From: Amoebophrya sp. A120
Lineage: Eukaryota; Protista; Dinoflagellata
Direction of reading: 5' to 3'
Length of the DNA stretch: 64,000 nucleotides
Assembly (NCBI GenBank): GCA_905178155.1
Contig: CAJINV010000003.1
Location: 10,473,732 to 10,537,731 of the forward strand
A program made the position numbers and the translations under genes. The notes beneath the pieces are model-generated. The model was not told the DNA's origin. It was given only the letters and a program-made list of their open reading frames with translations, and ran no database searches. This document shows, piece after piece, positions 18,214-30,818 of the stretch (the first letter of the stretch is position 1; each line of letters opens with the position of its first letter).

Positions 18214-21200
18214 ATGAGTAGGACAAGCAGTGGCGGCTCGAAGGACGCGCCATCTGCATTGCAAGGCGCACGTTGGATATTGGGTACGACGTCTTACTTG
18301 TTGCGTCTTCTGAATTTTTTGGTTGGCGACCCCCGACAGTAAAGGTACGCTGTCACTGTATGTAATGATAATGTCACATCAGGACAAAATCACTAACGCC
18401 TCCACTGAAACAAGTGCTGATCTACATCTTCTATGCAACATATCTAAGGCCTTGGCTCGGTGGCTGATGAAATTCTTCACAACTAGACGAGCAGTATATG
18501 CAAAAACAATAAACCAGGGTCCATTTTCACTTCTGTCAGCTGTGTCATGTGCAATAAGCGCATTTTCTCACTGTTTCCGGTGCCTTTCGCTCTGACAGCC
18601 ACGCACTTTGCGCTGACCACCATGGCGCAGCAGCTCCGCGGACAAACTGGAAATACCGGAGATTTGACGATGCGACACGGCCAGGGAGGACGACCACCGC
18701 CGTCAAACTCACAGTCAAAAACATCTAAGAGCAGCAGTGCCAGGAGCTCTATGGGGGCGTCAGGATCGAAATCGACAAAACCGAAAAAAAACCTCTGCCC
18801 TCCCTTGGGGGGGGCCTTCAGGGCAACCCCGCCGGGACCCCATTCGATTCTGACACACTCAAGCTTACCGTGGTGGCTAGCTCGGAAGGGGCCGAGTGTG
18901 TCAGAATCGCAAAGCGAATCCCGGCACACCTCCACGGGACCCCTGGACTTTTTTCGATTTTTTTGCGAATTTCGATTCTGACGCCTCCATAAGCTCTAGT
19001 GTGGAAATAAAGCGAGGCGCTCTTCCGTTGTATGAGGCAGCTAAGATCGGTTTTCTGGGTAACGCGGCTATCGGGATTATGAACTTGTCGCTCGGAAAAA
19101 ATTCGGTGGCCTTCTACCAGTTGACGAAAGTTTCCTTGGTCCCCGGCATGGTGGCCTTCAATTTTTTTGTGTATCGCAAAACTACACCCGTCCGTGTTTG
19201 CGCCTCATTGCTTCTGATAACAATTGGGCTGACGCTTGCGACAGTGACGGACACCAACATCTCGGCGTTTACCAAAGTGGTGAAAAGCGTCCCGCCTCCA
19301 GAATGCGATGCCCCATTGCTCCTACTTTACAATGAATCACAAAAGAACTTAATTAACTTTCCTCATAGAAAAAGCAACTTTTCTCATTGCATAAATTTAA
19401 ATGGACACACTTTTTTCGACATGAAATCGTCAGCGCGTTCTGCAGCTCCCTTGTATATTATGAAAAACAGGCTACAGATTTTCGCTATTTTGGGTTGGAG
19501 GCTTGTGCTGCCCCTGCCGCTACCTGAAATTGGAAGAGTACTATTTACATGAAGTCCAAATCGGAATCAGCTCTCCGCATGGAAGTTTTGCGCATACTTG
19601 CGTGATTCATCACTTATCCGAGGTCGTAGTCGCGATTCAAACACTCGCACTCTGCGGTAGGCGTAGGGGCGGTTTTCCATCTGATAGCGTTCGGTTTTGC
19701 CACAGGTATTGTCGCGGTGTGTGCCACGGTATTGTTTCAAATTATTGATGGTTCAGGTGGGAAATTTCTGTCAGACTAGAAGTATTACACTTTGTCTTGC
19801 AACTGGCCGGCTCCGAACAAGACACGTTAGGGGCGTGATCTTATGTGACTCGGCGCATGGCAATCGTTCCGAGCACTCGACAGTGCAAACTTGTTGCGCT
19901 GTCCAGGGCGAGACCCTTCTGTCATGTTAGTCATTATCCCTAGAGCGAAGAAGTAATTCTGACGTTGACCTTTACCGGGACGCTGGTCTGTATCTCTTTT
20001 GTCCTCTGGGGTGCAGGCTTCTTCACGTTTTGCCTCGGACTTTACAACGCGTGGATGAGTGGTGACATAGCAGCTGCTCCGAGATGATCATCATGCCCAG
20101 CATGGGCTGCGTGGATTCGTGTACTAGAAGAAGTGGCTCTGCTGTTGAAGGGTTTCATGCAGCGTCACGGACAGCTCAACGGGTACGGGGGGGAATTTCC
20201 ATGTCTCTTCACATCACTGACGCTTGGTCGGTTTTCATTTCCCACCTGGCACTCGGATACAAATATCGATGGAGCACGCGCAGCGCGAGCACTCTGTTTC
20301 TGGCCTCGAAACACAACTCGCCATCGCACCCTTTCAGTTTCTGTCCGCCGTGGCATTTATCAAAAGGAAAAATCCACCCTCTCCATATCAAGGCGGAGAT
20401 TCGTGTAGCATGATTTGTAGCCACAAGTGATGTGATGCTTATGCTAGAAGGGAAGAGATCGAGATGCGGACCATAGTATTGCCTGTTGTATGAAACAAGC
20501 GCTGCGCCTTCAGCATGGCAGGAAGCAACTGGAACTGCGAGCGGAAAACAGCATGACAGATTACCTGCAAGCGAGGCCGCAACTGCGTCTCTTGGCCTTC
20601 TAGCAATGCGACTCGGTTTGTGTTGTACGCAAATACAGCGTCACAAATTTCCCACTTCTTTCCGATATCGATATGGGGAGGGGGATTTTTCCCCACAATA
20701 ACGTTTTTCCTTTGCTCCGATGAACCGAGACTACTGCTGCACCACATGACAGAAGCGGTTGTGTCTCTGTCCTTGCCTGATCTATCTGTCAAGCCAGCCG
20801 CTCCAATAGACGAGAAGACGCTTTACGAGCTGCTTTTCTGGTGGGGCGCAAGCTGTTTGTCGGCGCAACTGACCAACTACTACTGTTATACCATAATTGG
20901 TGTCTTCTCCGCCCTGACCTACCAAGTTGTCGCATATCCACTCCGGCAACGAAAAGCATCGCACTCCTCGCAGGTGAAGATTGTAACGCTCTTCAGATTG
21001 CAATTTCAGCATGTTGATAGACTACACTTGAGAACCAAACAAGGCACGCTCATCTTGTTCTGTAATCAAGGTGCATTCGCTCGCGCTTGAGGGTGCTGCC
21101 GGTTTAGGATTTACAAAATTCATGATATGACGAGCCCGAGGAAACCGAATAAAGAAATAGCTCTACGACATGGACGTGCGCGTAGTTGTGTGCGAGTTAT

Positions 21201-23208
21201 GAAGATGATTTTCGGCATCGGAGTCACTTTTTTTACTCTGTACTACGAGTAATGCGAGCGCGATTCTTTAGCAAAACATACTGCACACGCAAAGACAATA
21301 CTGGTGCTTTCTGGTGGCCTTCTTTTTTTCGCGGAGCAAGTATCATGTGTGAAAACGTATCCAGCCACGCCCGAAGATACTTCTGATGCAAATCTTGCAT
21401 ACGCAGCTCGCGACTCATTGCGAAAAACGTATGTATATCTATATTCTAGTGCGCTACTTGCGCTTCTCGTCCGCGATTAAACGAGAACAACAGCGATTTC
21501 ATGCTTTTTATTTTGTGATAGTGCTATTGTTTTTCTGCGGCAGCTGCTTGATGGGGGCCTCGGCAACGGCACTCGTCCCGGCAACTCGCCGCGCTCGGCG
21601 ATTTGCCACTAAAGCAGCTGGGGTCCTGGTCGTGCTCCTGGCCGCAATCGGTTGCGACACCAGTCGCCACATACTTGCTCCCAGAACAAAACTCAATTAA
21701 GTAGTACATGTAGCAGCTACGCGCTCGGACACCAGTCGCCACCTACTTGCTCCCAGAACAGAACTCAATTAAGTAGTACATGTAGCAGTTACGCGCTCGC
21801 CTCCAAAAAGGACGATCTTGCGCGATTGTTGACATCTCGACGACTGCTCTCGGATGGGGACGTTTTTCCGCATGATACCAAGCTACCTGGGATCTCACGC
21901 ACATCGTGGGTCTGGTTCTCACCGTTGTCGTATGGATCAAGGAAAACTACCCATCGAAGTCACAGTTTTCCAAAATGAAAATCTGCATGAGAAATTCTAG
22001 ACAAATTTTTGTTCTAAACAAATAAAGGAACATCAAGTTAGATGACGTGACAATGACAAACTGCGTTGACTCCGATGCATTCTAGCTAAGACACCAAAAT
22101 TTGAATTGCGCAAATAAAGTGACTGGGATCATGGTATAATTTTTTTCTTGAATATGTCGGAATCGTATGGTATTCTCGGGTCAAGATGCACATCGCGGCA
22201 ACGTATGCCTTGCAAGTATGATGCGTGGGTCTGGAAAGCGAAAGTCTAGGCTCCCTTTGGTTGTAGGTACCAAAAAAAAAATATAATCAATGTATGACCG
22301 GGCGGCAGCAGCAGGCTCGCGAGCCTGTGAGTCGAGGCTGCGGCTGGGCGGTCGGTATTTTATACCGACTGGGCCCAGTATCTACACCGGCAGCCAGAGC
22401 CTTACTAGGATCAGGATTAGCGTCAGCCAGGCCTTCGGGATTGATCATGTTTTTCTCCCGCCCTCCCTCCCTTTTCTTATTTCATTTTCATTTTGTCAAA
22501 CTGTCCTTCATGCTCTTGCAACGGATCGATCTCGATCGTGAGGTCTCGTGCCACTCTTGAAGGAGAGCGTGACAGAGACCCATGCGAGGTAGCGGGCGGG
22601 TACTCCATCGCGGGCACGCCTGCGCTCCGGGCGAAGACGACCCCCATCGAGTCACGACCATCCCAGAGAATGATCATCGTTCTGTGGCTGTATAAACTAG
22701 CAGCGTTGAATGATGACGGAGCCGCGCATGAAGATGAAGGTGAATTTTTGAGCGGCCACCTCTTGCGTAAGTCTAGGGCGCCTGATGTTGTTGTTGACAA
22801 GTGATCGCGCTTTTGTTTTTGCATGGCAGGCAAGGAAGTAGCACTGTGTCGCCACATGCACGGAAGGTATTTGGCCCCTATCAACCGAGCAACATGGTGA
22901 CAAATTCCTTCGCTGATCGATCGCGCCATGCATTGTGGCCTTACTTTCCGGCTATTCCGCATTGCGATTGTGGAGGGCGGGACCTGCACCGGCGACAAGC
23001 GCTATGCAGTCACCCACTCAAGTCTCGTATTTTTCCAGGCCCAGAGATCTTTGCTTTGGATACAGCCGAGAACTCTTCGTCGGCCATTACCTTACCGAGC
23101 AACAGCGGTGCCTCTTCAGTGAGCAACAAAACTAAAAAAAGCGAAGGCATTCGTATCGCCACGACGGCAGCCGCGTCAGCGGCAGCTTCGCAAAAGAAAA
23201 AATCGTGA
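18214..23208 (+). CDS. SLC35E3-like nucleotide-sugar transporter (TPT family), about 10 exons; start codon tentative
   Basis: Reconstructed motifs SVSCVMCNKRIF, ALTATHF, MNLSLGKNSVAFYQLTK, GLTLATVTD, VLFQI..GRKQLEL, IIGVFSALTYQVVAHAKTILVLSGG, GLVLTVVGIVWYS; C-terminal KKKS* (KKxx-like). Confidence 0.88.
18750..18991. mobile_element. Introner-like TIR element
   Basis: About 40-bp imperfect TIR TATGGGGGCGTCAGGATCGAAAT / ATTTCGATTCTGACGCCTCCATA; flanks AGCTC/AGCTC; removing 247 nt joins ORFs 18547 and 18896 in frame. Confidence 0.9.
19270..19686. mobile_element. Introner-like element
   Basis: TA...TA ends, flanks GCGTT/GCGTT, degenerate TIR; join gives NISAFGFATG. Confidence 0.8.
20562..20635. 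mobile_element. Minimal 74-nt TA...TA element
   Basis: Flanks CAGAT/CAGCG; join gives NSMTASQISH in frame and removes an in-frame TAG. Confidence 0.6.
20935..21280. mobile_element. Introner-like element
   Basis: TA...TA ends, flanks TCGCA/CTGCA, subterminal IR; join gives the conserved TYQVVAHAKT. Confidence 0.8.
21341..21877. mobile_element. Introner family A copy with an internal ~70-bp tandem duplication (21660-21800)
   Basis: TIR TATCATGTGTGAAAACGT / ACGTTTTTCCGCATGATA; flanks GCAAG/CCAAG; join gives FFAEQATWDLTHIVG. Confidence 0.82.
21931..22154. mobile_element. Introner-like element
   Basis: TA...TA ends, flanks TGTCG/TGTCG; join gives LTVVGIVWYS. Confidence 0.82.
22204..23062. mobile_element. 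Introner family B copy containing a nested repeat
   Basis: TATGCC..TGGGTCTGGAAA / TTTCCAGGCCCA..GGATA; flanks CAACG/CAGCC; homologous to 2792-3311. Confidence 0.78.
22283..22699 (+). repeat. Dispersed ~400-bp repeat, copy 1 (copy 2 at about 55978-56370)
   Basis: Shared ATGTATG.CCGGGC..AGCAGCAGGCT.GCGAGCCTGTGAGTC.AGGCTG..CGGTATTTTAT and further colinear blocks. Confidence 0.8.
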
Positions 23209-25273
23209 AGAACTTGTTTAGCAATTGAAAGTTATGAGCATAACTGGCAAGCGTTCTTGAGCTACATTGCCTACGCAAAGCGTCGCAGTTTCTGCTGTGC
23301 GGTCGATTTCCTGCGCAAAGCGTCGGAGTTTCTGCTGTGCGCTTGATGACTTGTGTTCGATATAATTTGCTTGTCACCAGAAGTCCCAATGGCCGCGATG
23401 ACAGGGATAATATCTTCCATGCGCGATGCACATGGCATGCAGCGACGAGCTTCATGGCGAAGCTGGTCTGAGTAACATAAAGACTCTCTTGACGTCCACC
23501 TCCTCTGCGAAGCCGTCATGATTCGTGATTTTCTCTACAAGAACATTCTACCTCTAGTGCGCGCGGGCGAAGGTGAAAAATGTTCTATCTTTCATTATAT
23601 GTTTTATCTGCTGCTGATATTCATATGTTTCTTTTTCCGTGGCTGTGTCGTGGAGGTTGGCAGGATTAACACGGAAGAGGAGGTAGTGTAAGTCCCGCCT
23701 GAAGCCAAGGAGTAGGAGCACTCGGGTGCAACTTTTCTGCGGCAACTCCCCAGACTTGGCTGCTCGACATCAAAACGGGCGTTTTTTGGTCAAGTTCTGG
23801 TGGCAAATTGTTGAGACACATCTTGCCAGCCACTTACTCGCAGGAACTTAATGAGCACGCACAGCAGTCACTCGCTCGCCTAAAGAAGCGAGCACGCAAA
23901 AACTGATATTTTGCGAGTAGCATCAACAACACAAGGAAGAGGAACGAGCCTAAACCACCAGAGCAAGGATCTCCTTTCGATCGTCTTCTCTGTCAATCTA
24001 TCACAATCAATCGACTTTCTACTTCTAAGCATTAGCATTTCTTGGTTCTCATGATCTACCCTGTTTGTCAGTGCTTGTTCGTTGTAGCAGCTCCATTAAA
24101 TCGTCTATGAGTAATATGATCATTAATTTTCGTCTCTCCACCAGGATATCTTGCAGCCCTCGATTTCGCCGATGGTTATTCCATCCATGTAGATGCAGCA
24201 GCAGCAGGTGTTTGTATTTCGCCTGTGCTTCCTTGCATTCGCTTTAACATAATAAGGACAACAGTCCGCGGCCCTGTTCGCTCGAAGGAATAGGCCGCAC
24301 GTAATGGCAAAAATTCCAGCCTGCTTTGTTCGTTTTAGTTTTTTGATAATCGGTTAAAGATCAAGAAGGTTACCGGTTAAAGATCAAGAAGGTAAAGATC
24401 ACAGCATGGCATTTGTTTCGTTGTTTTTCGCTGGAGGCCCTCATTGACGCGTAGTACTATGCTTGGTGTTGATCATGTCCCCCGAGGTGTAGTACTAGTA
24501 TTACTAAGGCGACCGAAGTAAAATTTTTCGATAATTATACGACCCATGGCTTCCTTGTTTTTGTTTATGCTTCCTATACCTGTGGCTGTGTATTCTTGTT
24601 TTGTTTTACTCGAAGGTTTGGTGTTGTACCGGGGGCTAAGGCTATAAATATGATTGAGCGCCTCCATCAATCAGCATCATCGTACTCAGCATCACGATGA
24701 CGCTCTATGTGCCGTTATGAAAAATGCACATGCAGCCAGCTCTTTTTAGCTCGATGAAGAAAGTTAAGAAAAGGGCCAGACCGCTAATTTTAAGTAAAAG
24801 TAGTGGCAAAGATAGAAGTATGACTGTGCTATGCTCCTGTGCAAAAGTATCGTGGTTCTGGTTGTGGTTCTTGCAATGTGGGACCCTGTTCCTAGCTATA
24901 CAATAAATGATCAAAGAAATTGTCACACAGTTTGTCTGTGCCAAGTATTACATATAGCAGCACAGTCACAATATTATAAGAGGAGGAGCAGCCTTAATTT
25001 TTCCATGCATATGTAGCTTGCCAAAGCAAGTGCCACGGGCGGGGAGGCAGGCGGGTAATCGCTACATGCGCGTAGTGGTAGTCGTAATTACGTACGGCAT
25101 CACGACAATCAACCGCCCGGCTTGTGGTCAAGTAGAGGGCTCTGCGCACTCGCACATCATACTGCGTCCAATAGGCGAGTATCTTCTAAAAGGTCATGGT
25201 CTAGCTTTCGCCCAAGAACCTCGTGGCTGTCCTCATTGGCGCTGGTGCGCTTTTTTCTCCGATAATATTCGAG

Positions 25274-28200
25274 ATGAAGTTGTCGCACACTTGGGAGACA
25301 CGTTTATGCGTGCTCATGTGGTTCGTGTGCAATTTGAGCATTGCCCCTATGATGAAGTGGAGCTATACCAACACGCGACTGTGCCTTCCGGCTCGCACTG
25401 GTGACTATGAAAAGAACACAGCTAGGAAATTGACTGCGACAGCTGCATCAACGTCCTCGGCCGGCGGCGAAACAGCCGGAGGAGCAATAGACTCACTATC
25501 GGGCAGGATTCAAACGGACGACGAATTCGGAACTGGTCCACGGATCTGCCGGCAGTACGACTTCCCGATTTTCATTACCGCCGTCCACATGTTTTGGTGC
25601 AGCGTGATGTGCTTCCCCTTTGTCAAAGTGAGCCTCACCTTCACGGAGCAAATCCGTTTGATTCTGCCACTCAGTATGCTCTTCGCCGTCTCTGTGAGCA
25701 TGGGGAATCTTAGTTTGGCCTACGTCTACCCGTCGTTTTCACAGATGGTTTCCACCACAACGCCACTGATTACAATGTGTTTGCACATGCTCGTGTCCGG
25801 CGCGCGCTACAATTCCTGGGCCATGATTTCTGTGCCAGTGCTGAGCGGGGGCTTTCTTCTCTGTTACCAGCACGAACAGAATTACCACATTCTGGGGCTT
25901 CTGTGCTCCCTTCTTGCAGCAGTTTTTCGGGGGGCGAAGTCAGTCTTGCAGGTGTTGACTACATGTGCGTGGTTCATATGATAAAGTATATAGTTCGACG
26001 CTTGTTCATTTTGATATTAATGGCGTTTCCACCATTAAGCATACGAGAAAGAGCAACACGATACACAAGAGTGTAAGAATATGAAGAACGCCGCCCACTG
26101 ATGACATAGACATTGTCACTGACCAACGTCGGCCATGACGATGACCATGAATTCAACATCTTCAGGCTTCCCTTCTGGCAGATGGCGCAAAGCGGCTGGA
26201 CACGGTGAGCCTCCTTTTCTACATGGCGCCTTATAGTCTCCTAGCGTTACTGGGGATGTCGCTCATGCTGGAGGGCACGGGGCCGTACACTAGCTTCTAT
26301 CGCACCCGTGGGGACGAGAGCAGTGGCCGCACCGAGGGGCAATTTGCAGAAGGCTCTTTCATAACCGTTGCTGCTTTGTCATTTACCGGGGTCACCGCGT
26401 GTCTCTATCACACGAAAAGACTGCTGCACTGTAATCTTGTAAAAATTTGGAGGATCACTATCGTCTAACAGCAACTTCTCAATAAGTAAGTAGAAAAAGC
26501 GAATTGACAGTGAGTAGTACTGCGCGTCTTGCAGCAACTAGACACCCAACGAGGCGTTATGGGACTTTTTCCTTATTTTTAGTTTTGTTGCAGCTAGTGC
26601 TAGCGACCAATCCAGTGCTGCAGACAATTTACCTAGAGGAAGACACACAGTCTCGCCTTATATGTAGCGAGGTCACGCCGGAGCGGCTCCAGCCAGGCAG
26701 TTTTCTTGACAGTAACCGCCAAAAACGGCCGGCAGTTCTGAAGCCGCAGAGCATCAATCTACATGAAAGTAAAAAAAATCAAGCGAGACAGCCCGTTTGG
26801 CTTTGCATGCAGCCATCAACGAATCGCGGAGGGAGACTATCGCCCCCCGCTTGATAGCGCGACGATGGCACGCCAGCAAAGGCGGTGCCCTTCTACTGAG
26901 TGGCCTGCCGCCTCGGATTCTGGCGATTTGGGGCGCCCAAAAGAAATGAGCCCAAAATCAGAAGAGCGAAATCGCATGGCGCCGCCGCGATGTCGGAGTA
27001 TTTTGGGTGGTCGCGAAGGCGGTCGCCTTTTCGCCTATGCCTGAGCTTGGGAGGTTTTGGATAAAGTGTGGGCGCGAAAGATAAAACCCAAAACGAAAAA
27101 AAGAAATAGCGCGGCGAACGCATGAAGCCAATCCTCACGCTATGGGCCCGATTTCCAGCCGCTTGCCGGGCGCCCCCCGCGACGCCCGGATCGGTCCCTT
27201 ACCATCGGGGCTGGTTTCCGCGAAGAAATTCAGAAAAAATGAAAATCCTAATATTTGCCACGAGTGTGCAGCGCCTTTCATTCATGCGGCGCATCGTTAT
27301 ACACGACAGTATGGCGTGCCGAGAAAAAGCAAAAGTGCGGCGGGCCCGCGGCAAAGGCGGAGCCAAGGAAGCGGCAAAGACCTCACTACCCCCGCCCCGG
27401 CTGCTATGTTTGCCATCTCTCTTCTTTCCACTCCATCGATCAAAGAGGTTTGCGCTCGCCTGTTTTTTTTGTGCGTAGGGCGTGCGCGGGGTAAGACAGG
27501 AAAAAATGGCTACTCCGATTTTAGCAATCTCAAAGGTGCTTCTGATGGGGTAGCTACTTAACGCCACCAAGTGCCTCACTTAGAACTAATGCATTTGCTG
27601 TGCCCAACATCACGGTGGCGCTTTGTTTACGTTTACAAACAAAAGAAACCCGCATAGGTGAACTCCAACATAAAAAAATCTAAGCACGACACTGGAAAGC
27701 ATCAAGAGCACAATTGACGTCGTCGCCATGCCCAACATGCAGAAGAAGCTAAATTAAATAGATAACGTGAAGCGTCAGCTTTTTCCTGTGATGGTCTCCT
27801 CAACATCTTCAATTTTCTTGTCACCTACTACACGGGGCCACTCGTGCTGCAGATTCTCGGCAACGTACTATGATATAATTTTCTGTTTTTAGCTTCAACT
27901 TCAGAGATGTGATCGAAGTTCCCACTGTTTGGGTTGTTCGCTGAAATGAAATGGCAGAAGTCGAAAAGACTAAGTTTTTTTCTGATAGCAGAGCTGCAGT
28001 TGTTTTTACCAAGTAGTTGTTTGTCTTTGTTGTATGAGCAAGACCTACAAATAAAAGAGTACGACATGTAGAGGAGCACTCACCAGCCACCAATCAGCCC
28101 ATCAACCTCCGCTGTCATTGAATCAGCTCTACTACACAGAAAAGTGTTGATACCGGGGTGTGAGAACAGAGATAATTATTTTTTTCAAGGTAAAAACTGT

Positions 28201-28366
28201 TTTCGCCATCGCAGCATCGATTCTTGTTTTCGGAAACGAGGTGAAGATGGAACAGTGGCTCGGAGCTGCGATTTGTATTTCCGGAGTGCTCCTGTGGCAG
28301 AGGAAGGGAAAGCAGATAAACAATATGAGAGCTGACGGCCTGGAAACGTCCAAGAAGGCAAGCTAG
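25274..28366 (+). CDS. Triose-phosphate/nucleotide-sugar transporter family protein; exons approx 25274-25951, 26166-26403, 27797-27864, 28190-28366
   Basis: WFVCNLSI..MMKW, YDFPIFITAVHM, GNLSLAYVYPSFSQMV..TTP, FRGAKSVLQ, SLLFYMAP, LNIFNFLVTYYTGPLVLQILGNVKTV, SILVFGNEV. Confidence 0.93.
26406..27793. mobile_element. Introner-like element (TA...TG) with nested repeat
   Basis: TIR TATCACACGAAAAGACTG / CAGCTTTTTCCTGTGATG; flanks GTCTC/GTCTC; join gives TACLLNIFNF. Confidence 0.85.
26715..27410 (+). repeat. Dispersed ~700-bp repeat, copy 1 (copy 2 at about 50455-51155)
   Basis: Colinear shared blocks AAAACG.CCGGCAGTT, GATTTGGGGCGCCCAAAA, GCTATGGGCCCGATTT, GACCTCACTACCCCCGCC. Confidence 0.78.
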
Positions 28367-30420
28367 CGAACAGGCGTGGGCTCAGATGAAGACAAGCAGA
28401 AAATCTTGTACTGCCACACGAACAAGTAGAGCAGCGTGGTCCCATCCGACCACATGACGCATCATGCAAGCGCAATACATGGTCCAGTTCCGCAGCTCAT
28501 CAAGGAAAGTGGGCACAAGCGCCAAGAACTACATTGCTAGTGGATTCCTGGCTAAAAATTGCATTTTCAGTGTTGGTGTTCCCTTCCCAGTTCCATTAGT
28601 TAATAAAAGATGTTTAAGTTTTTTTTTGCAAGGGTGGTGCATTTTTTGCCATCTTCTTATTCTGCTGTTCATTGGTCTTCGTTATCATCGGATACTAGCC
28701 GAAGATTCCTGGCGTCGAATATGTGTGTTGCGAATTATGCGCACTCGGACTCTCTTGGTCTTCTTGTAAGTTTGCAACTGGAATACTTCGCATTCTTCAA
28801 TTATATAAGATATATGAGCTGCATCACTTTAACTGCTAGTGGACTTGAGAACACTCGCACACACTTGCACGCGTTTGCCCCACGGAGCTCCTTGCCAACG
28901 TCTACACTTCTCTCCATTGCAAGCAAGCAAGCAAGTGGCGCAAGCCTTTCGCTGCGTTGATGCATCCTGTAGGTTCAGCCCATTCAGATGCAGCAAGATT
29001 CTCTTCCCATTCTCCCCAGATTTCAACACATTCCAGGGACTAGATCCGCGGCGTAGTAGTTAGCTAGCTCAGTCAGGATCTTTGGCCTGCGCCTGGGTAA
29101 AGATTTTACTAACTTAGGACGGCGGGCCTAGATAGAGTTTTGACCAAGGGGCGAAGTCCCAGAGAAAGGGTTGGCCCGGGCTTGGTACAGGTCGGAAGAC
29201 CTACCCAAAGCACGGACAACCTGGAGAACCACTTGAGAGGAGGACCACATCACCAGCGGCAGAGCCTTGGTCAGGATTTTACTTAGGACGGCGGTCCAAG
29301 GTAAAACCTTCGCCAGGGATCTATCAAGTGGGAGGCTCGAACGTGATCGAGCTACAGAGCTGCACGAGACCCATCATTCTGCCAGAGCCTTCAGCCATTT
29401 CGTCATGGGTCAGGCTTCATATGGGGCGATCGTGTTACGTTTGTGCGGGATCGATTTACTCCATGGCGGGCGTTAGCTCTTCCGTGGAATAGGAGAGCCC
29501 AGAAATTCAAACTGTGGAGCTATTCGCTTTCCTTAGATGTCTTCGAAACCGAAAGGAAGAGGAACACGCTGAGCCGATGAAGAAGATCGGAAACGGAACC
29601 CGACCGGCGACCGCAGTAGTCCTTGCAGCATCAGTTGAAGACTGCAAATTGGCGGTCAACTTCAACACACTGATATCTACGAGCTCGTAATATGTAATCA
29701 TATATATAGGGAACTACCTTGACTTGACTTGAAGATGGTACGCCCGGCCGCGCAAGTTCCGCACTTCTGATGGTGCAGCACAAGCACTGCCGCCAGTTCC
29801 GCACTTCTGATGGTGCGCGTCTGGTGTAGCAGCACAGTGCAGCAAGGACTTATGTTCTTAATTCTTATACTCCTAACGGTGATTGCAGCACCAGGAGCCC
29901 GAGCCAGACAGAAGGTACTGAAACCCGGCAACGAGCCCTCTCTCACTCCGGGGAGGTGCGAGCCACCTCGTGACAGCCACAAGCGGCGCCACCTAAATGC
30001 GGGGACTATCTATTAGACGGACTACCGCCAAAGGCCACGAAAGCTTGTTTAGAAGCCGAGCACGAGATGCGTTCTACCGCCTGGATTAGCAGACCAGACT
30101 CTAGGGGACTTAATGAAAGGCGTGCCGGATCAACTTCCGCAGACAAGCCTTCGGGCCTGTTGATCGCATAAGCTAAATTGTTAGAACTAATTTTTTTCCT
30201 TCATCCGGGTAGAGCAATCACTTCGCCGGAACCTCCGCACGGCCGCGCCAAAAACTCCACAGTGGTGCTGATGAACAAGCGCGACACCACCTCCACGGCA
30301 CTGTCGCGTCCGCCCCCCCCCCTGACAAACCCGCTGGCTAGGCGGAAAAAACAAAGCCCCTGCGAGTTCGCGGGATCCGCAGACTAGCGCTACAAAGGCT
30401 ACAGCAGTAAGACAACAGGA

Positions 30421-30608
30421 ACAGACTTAGAGGACGAAAGAAGAAAAGTAAAAGGGTAGAGACCTAAACCTACGGGGGCGCATGCCAAAGAGGGCAAAGG
30501 GAAGGGCAGAAGGAAGACATCAGACTTAGACGAAAAAAGCAAGATAAAAGGGTAGACTCTCAATCCTACAGAGGCGTATGCAAGAGGGGGCAGAGGGAAG
30601 ATCAGACT
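30421..30608 (+). repeat. Purine-rich ~100-bp tandem duplication
   Basis: CAGACTTAGA..TAAAAGGGTAGA..CCTAC..GGCG.ATGC..GGGAAG occurs twice. Confidence 0.7.
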
Positions 30609-30818
30609 TCGGCAACGGAATGAGAGTATATATGTTGAAAAAGGGTCCCTATATTGTATGAAACGATTAAAAGAAGCCTGCCATACGCGTCATCTTCGTA
30701 AAGTTTTCGTCGTCGTTGTCCTTTAGATTTAGTGAGTGCGACGCGTCTTCGTGGAAATTCGATCACCTCCACGGAGCCCCTTTCGTTTTCACGTCTGGAA
30801 TCGTGGTTGTTCCACGAA

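Noticed and set aside
20556-20643. Alternative 88-nt intron giving NSMQI
   Set aside because: It lacks a matching flank repeat. The 79-nt TA...TA solution is in frame and simpler, although the alternative cannot be excluded without cDNA.
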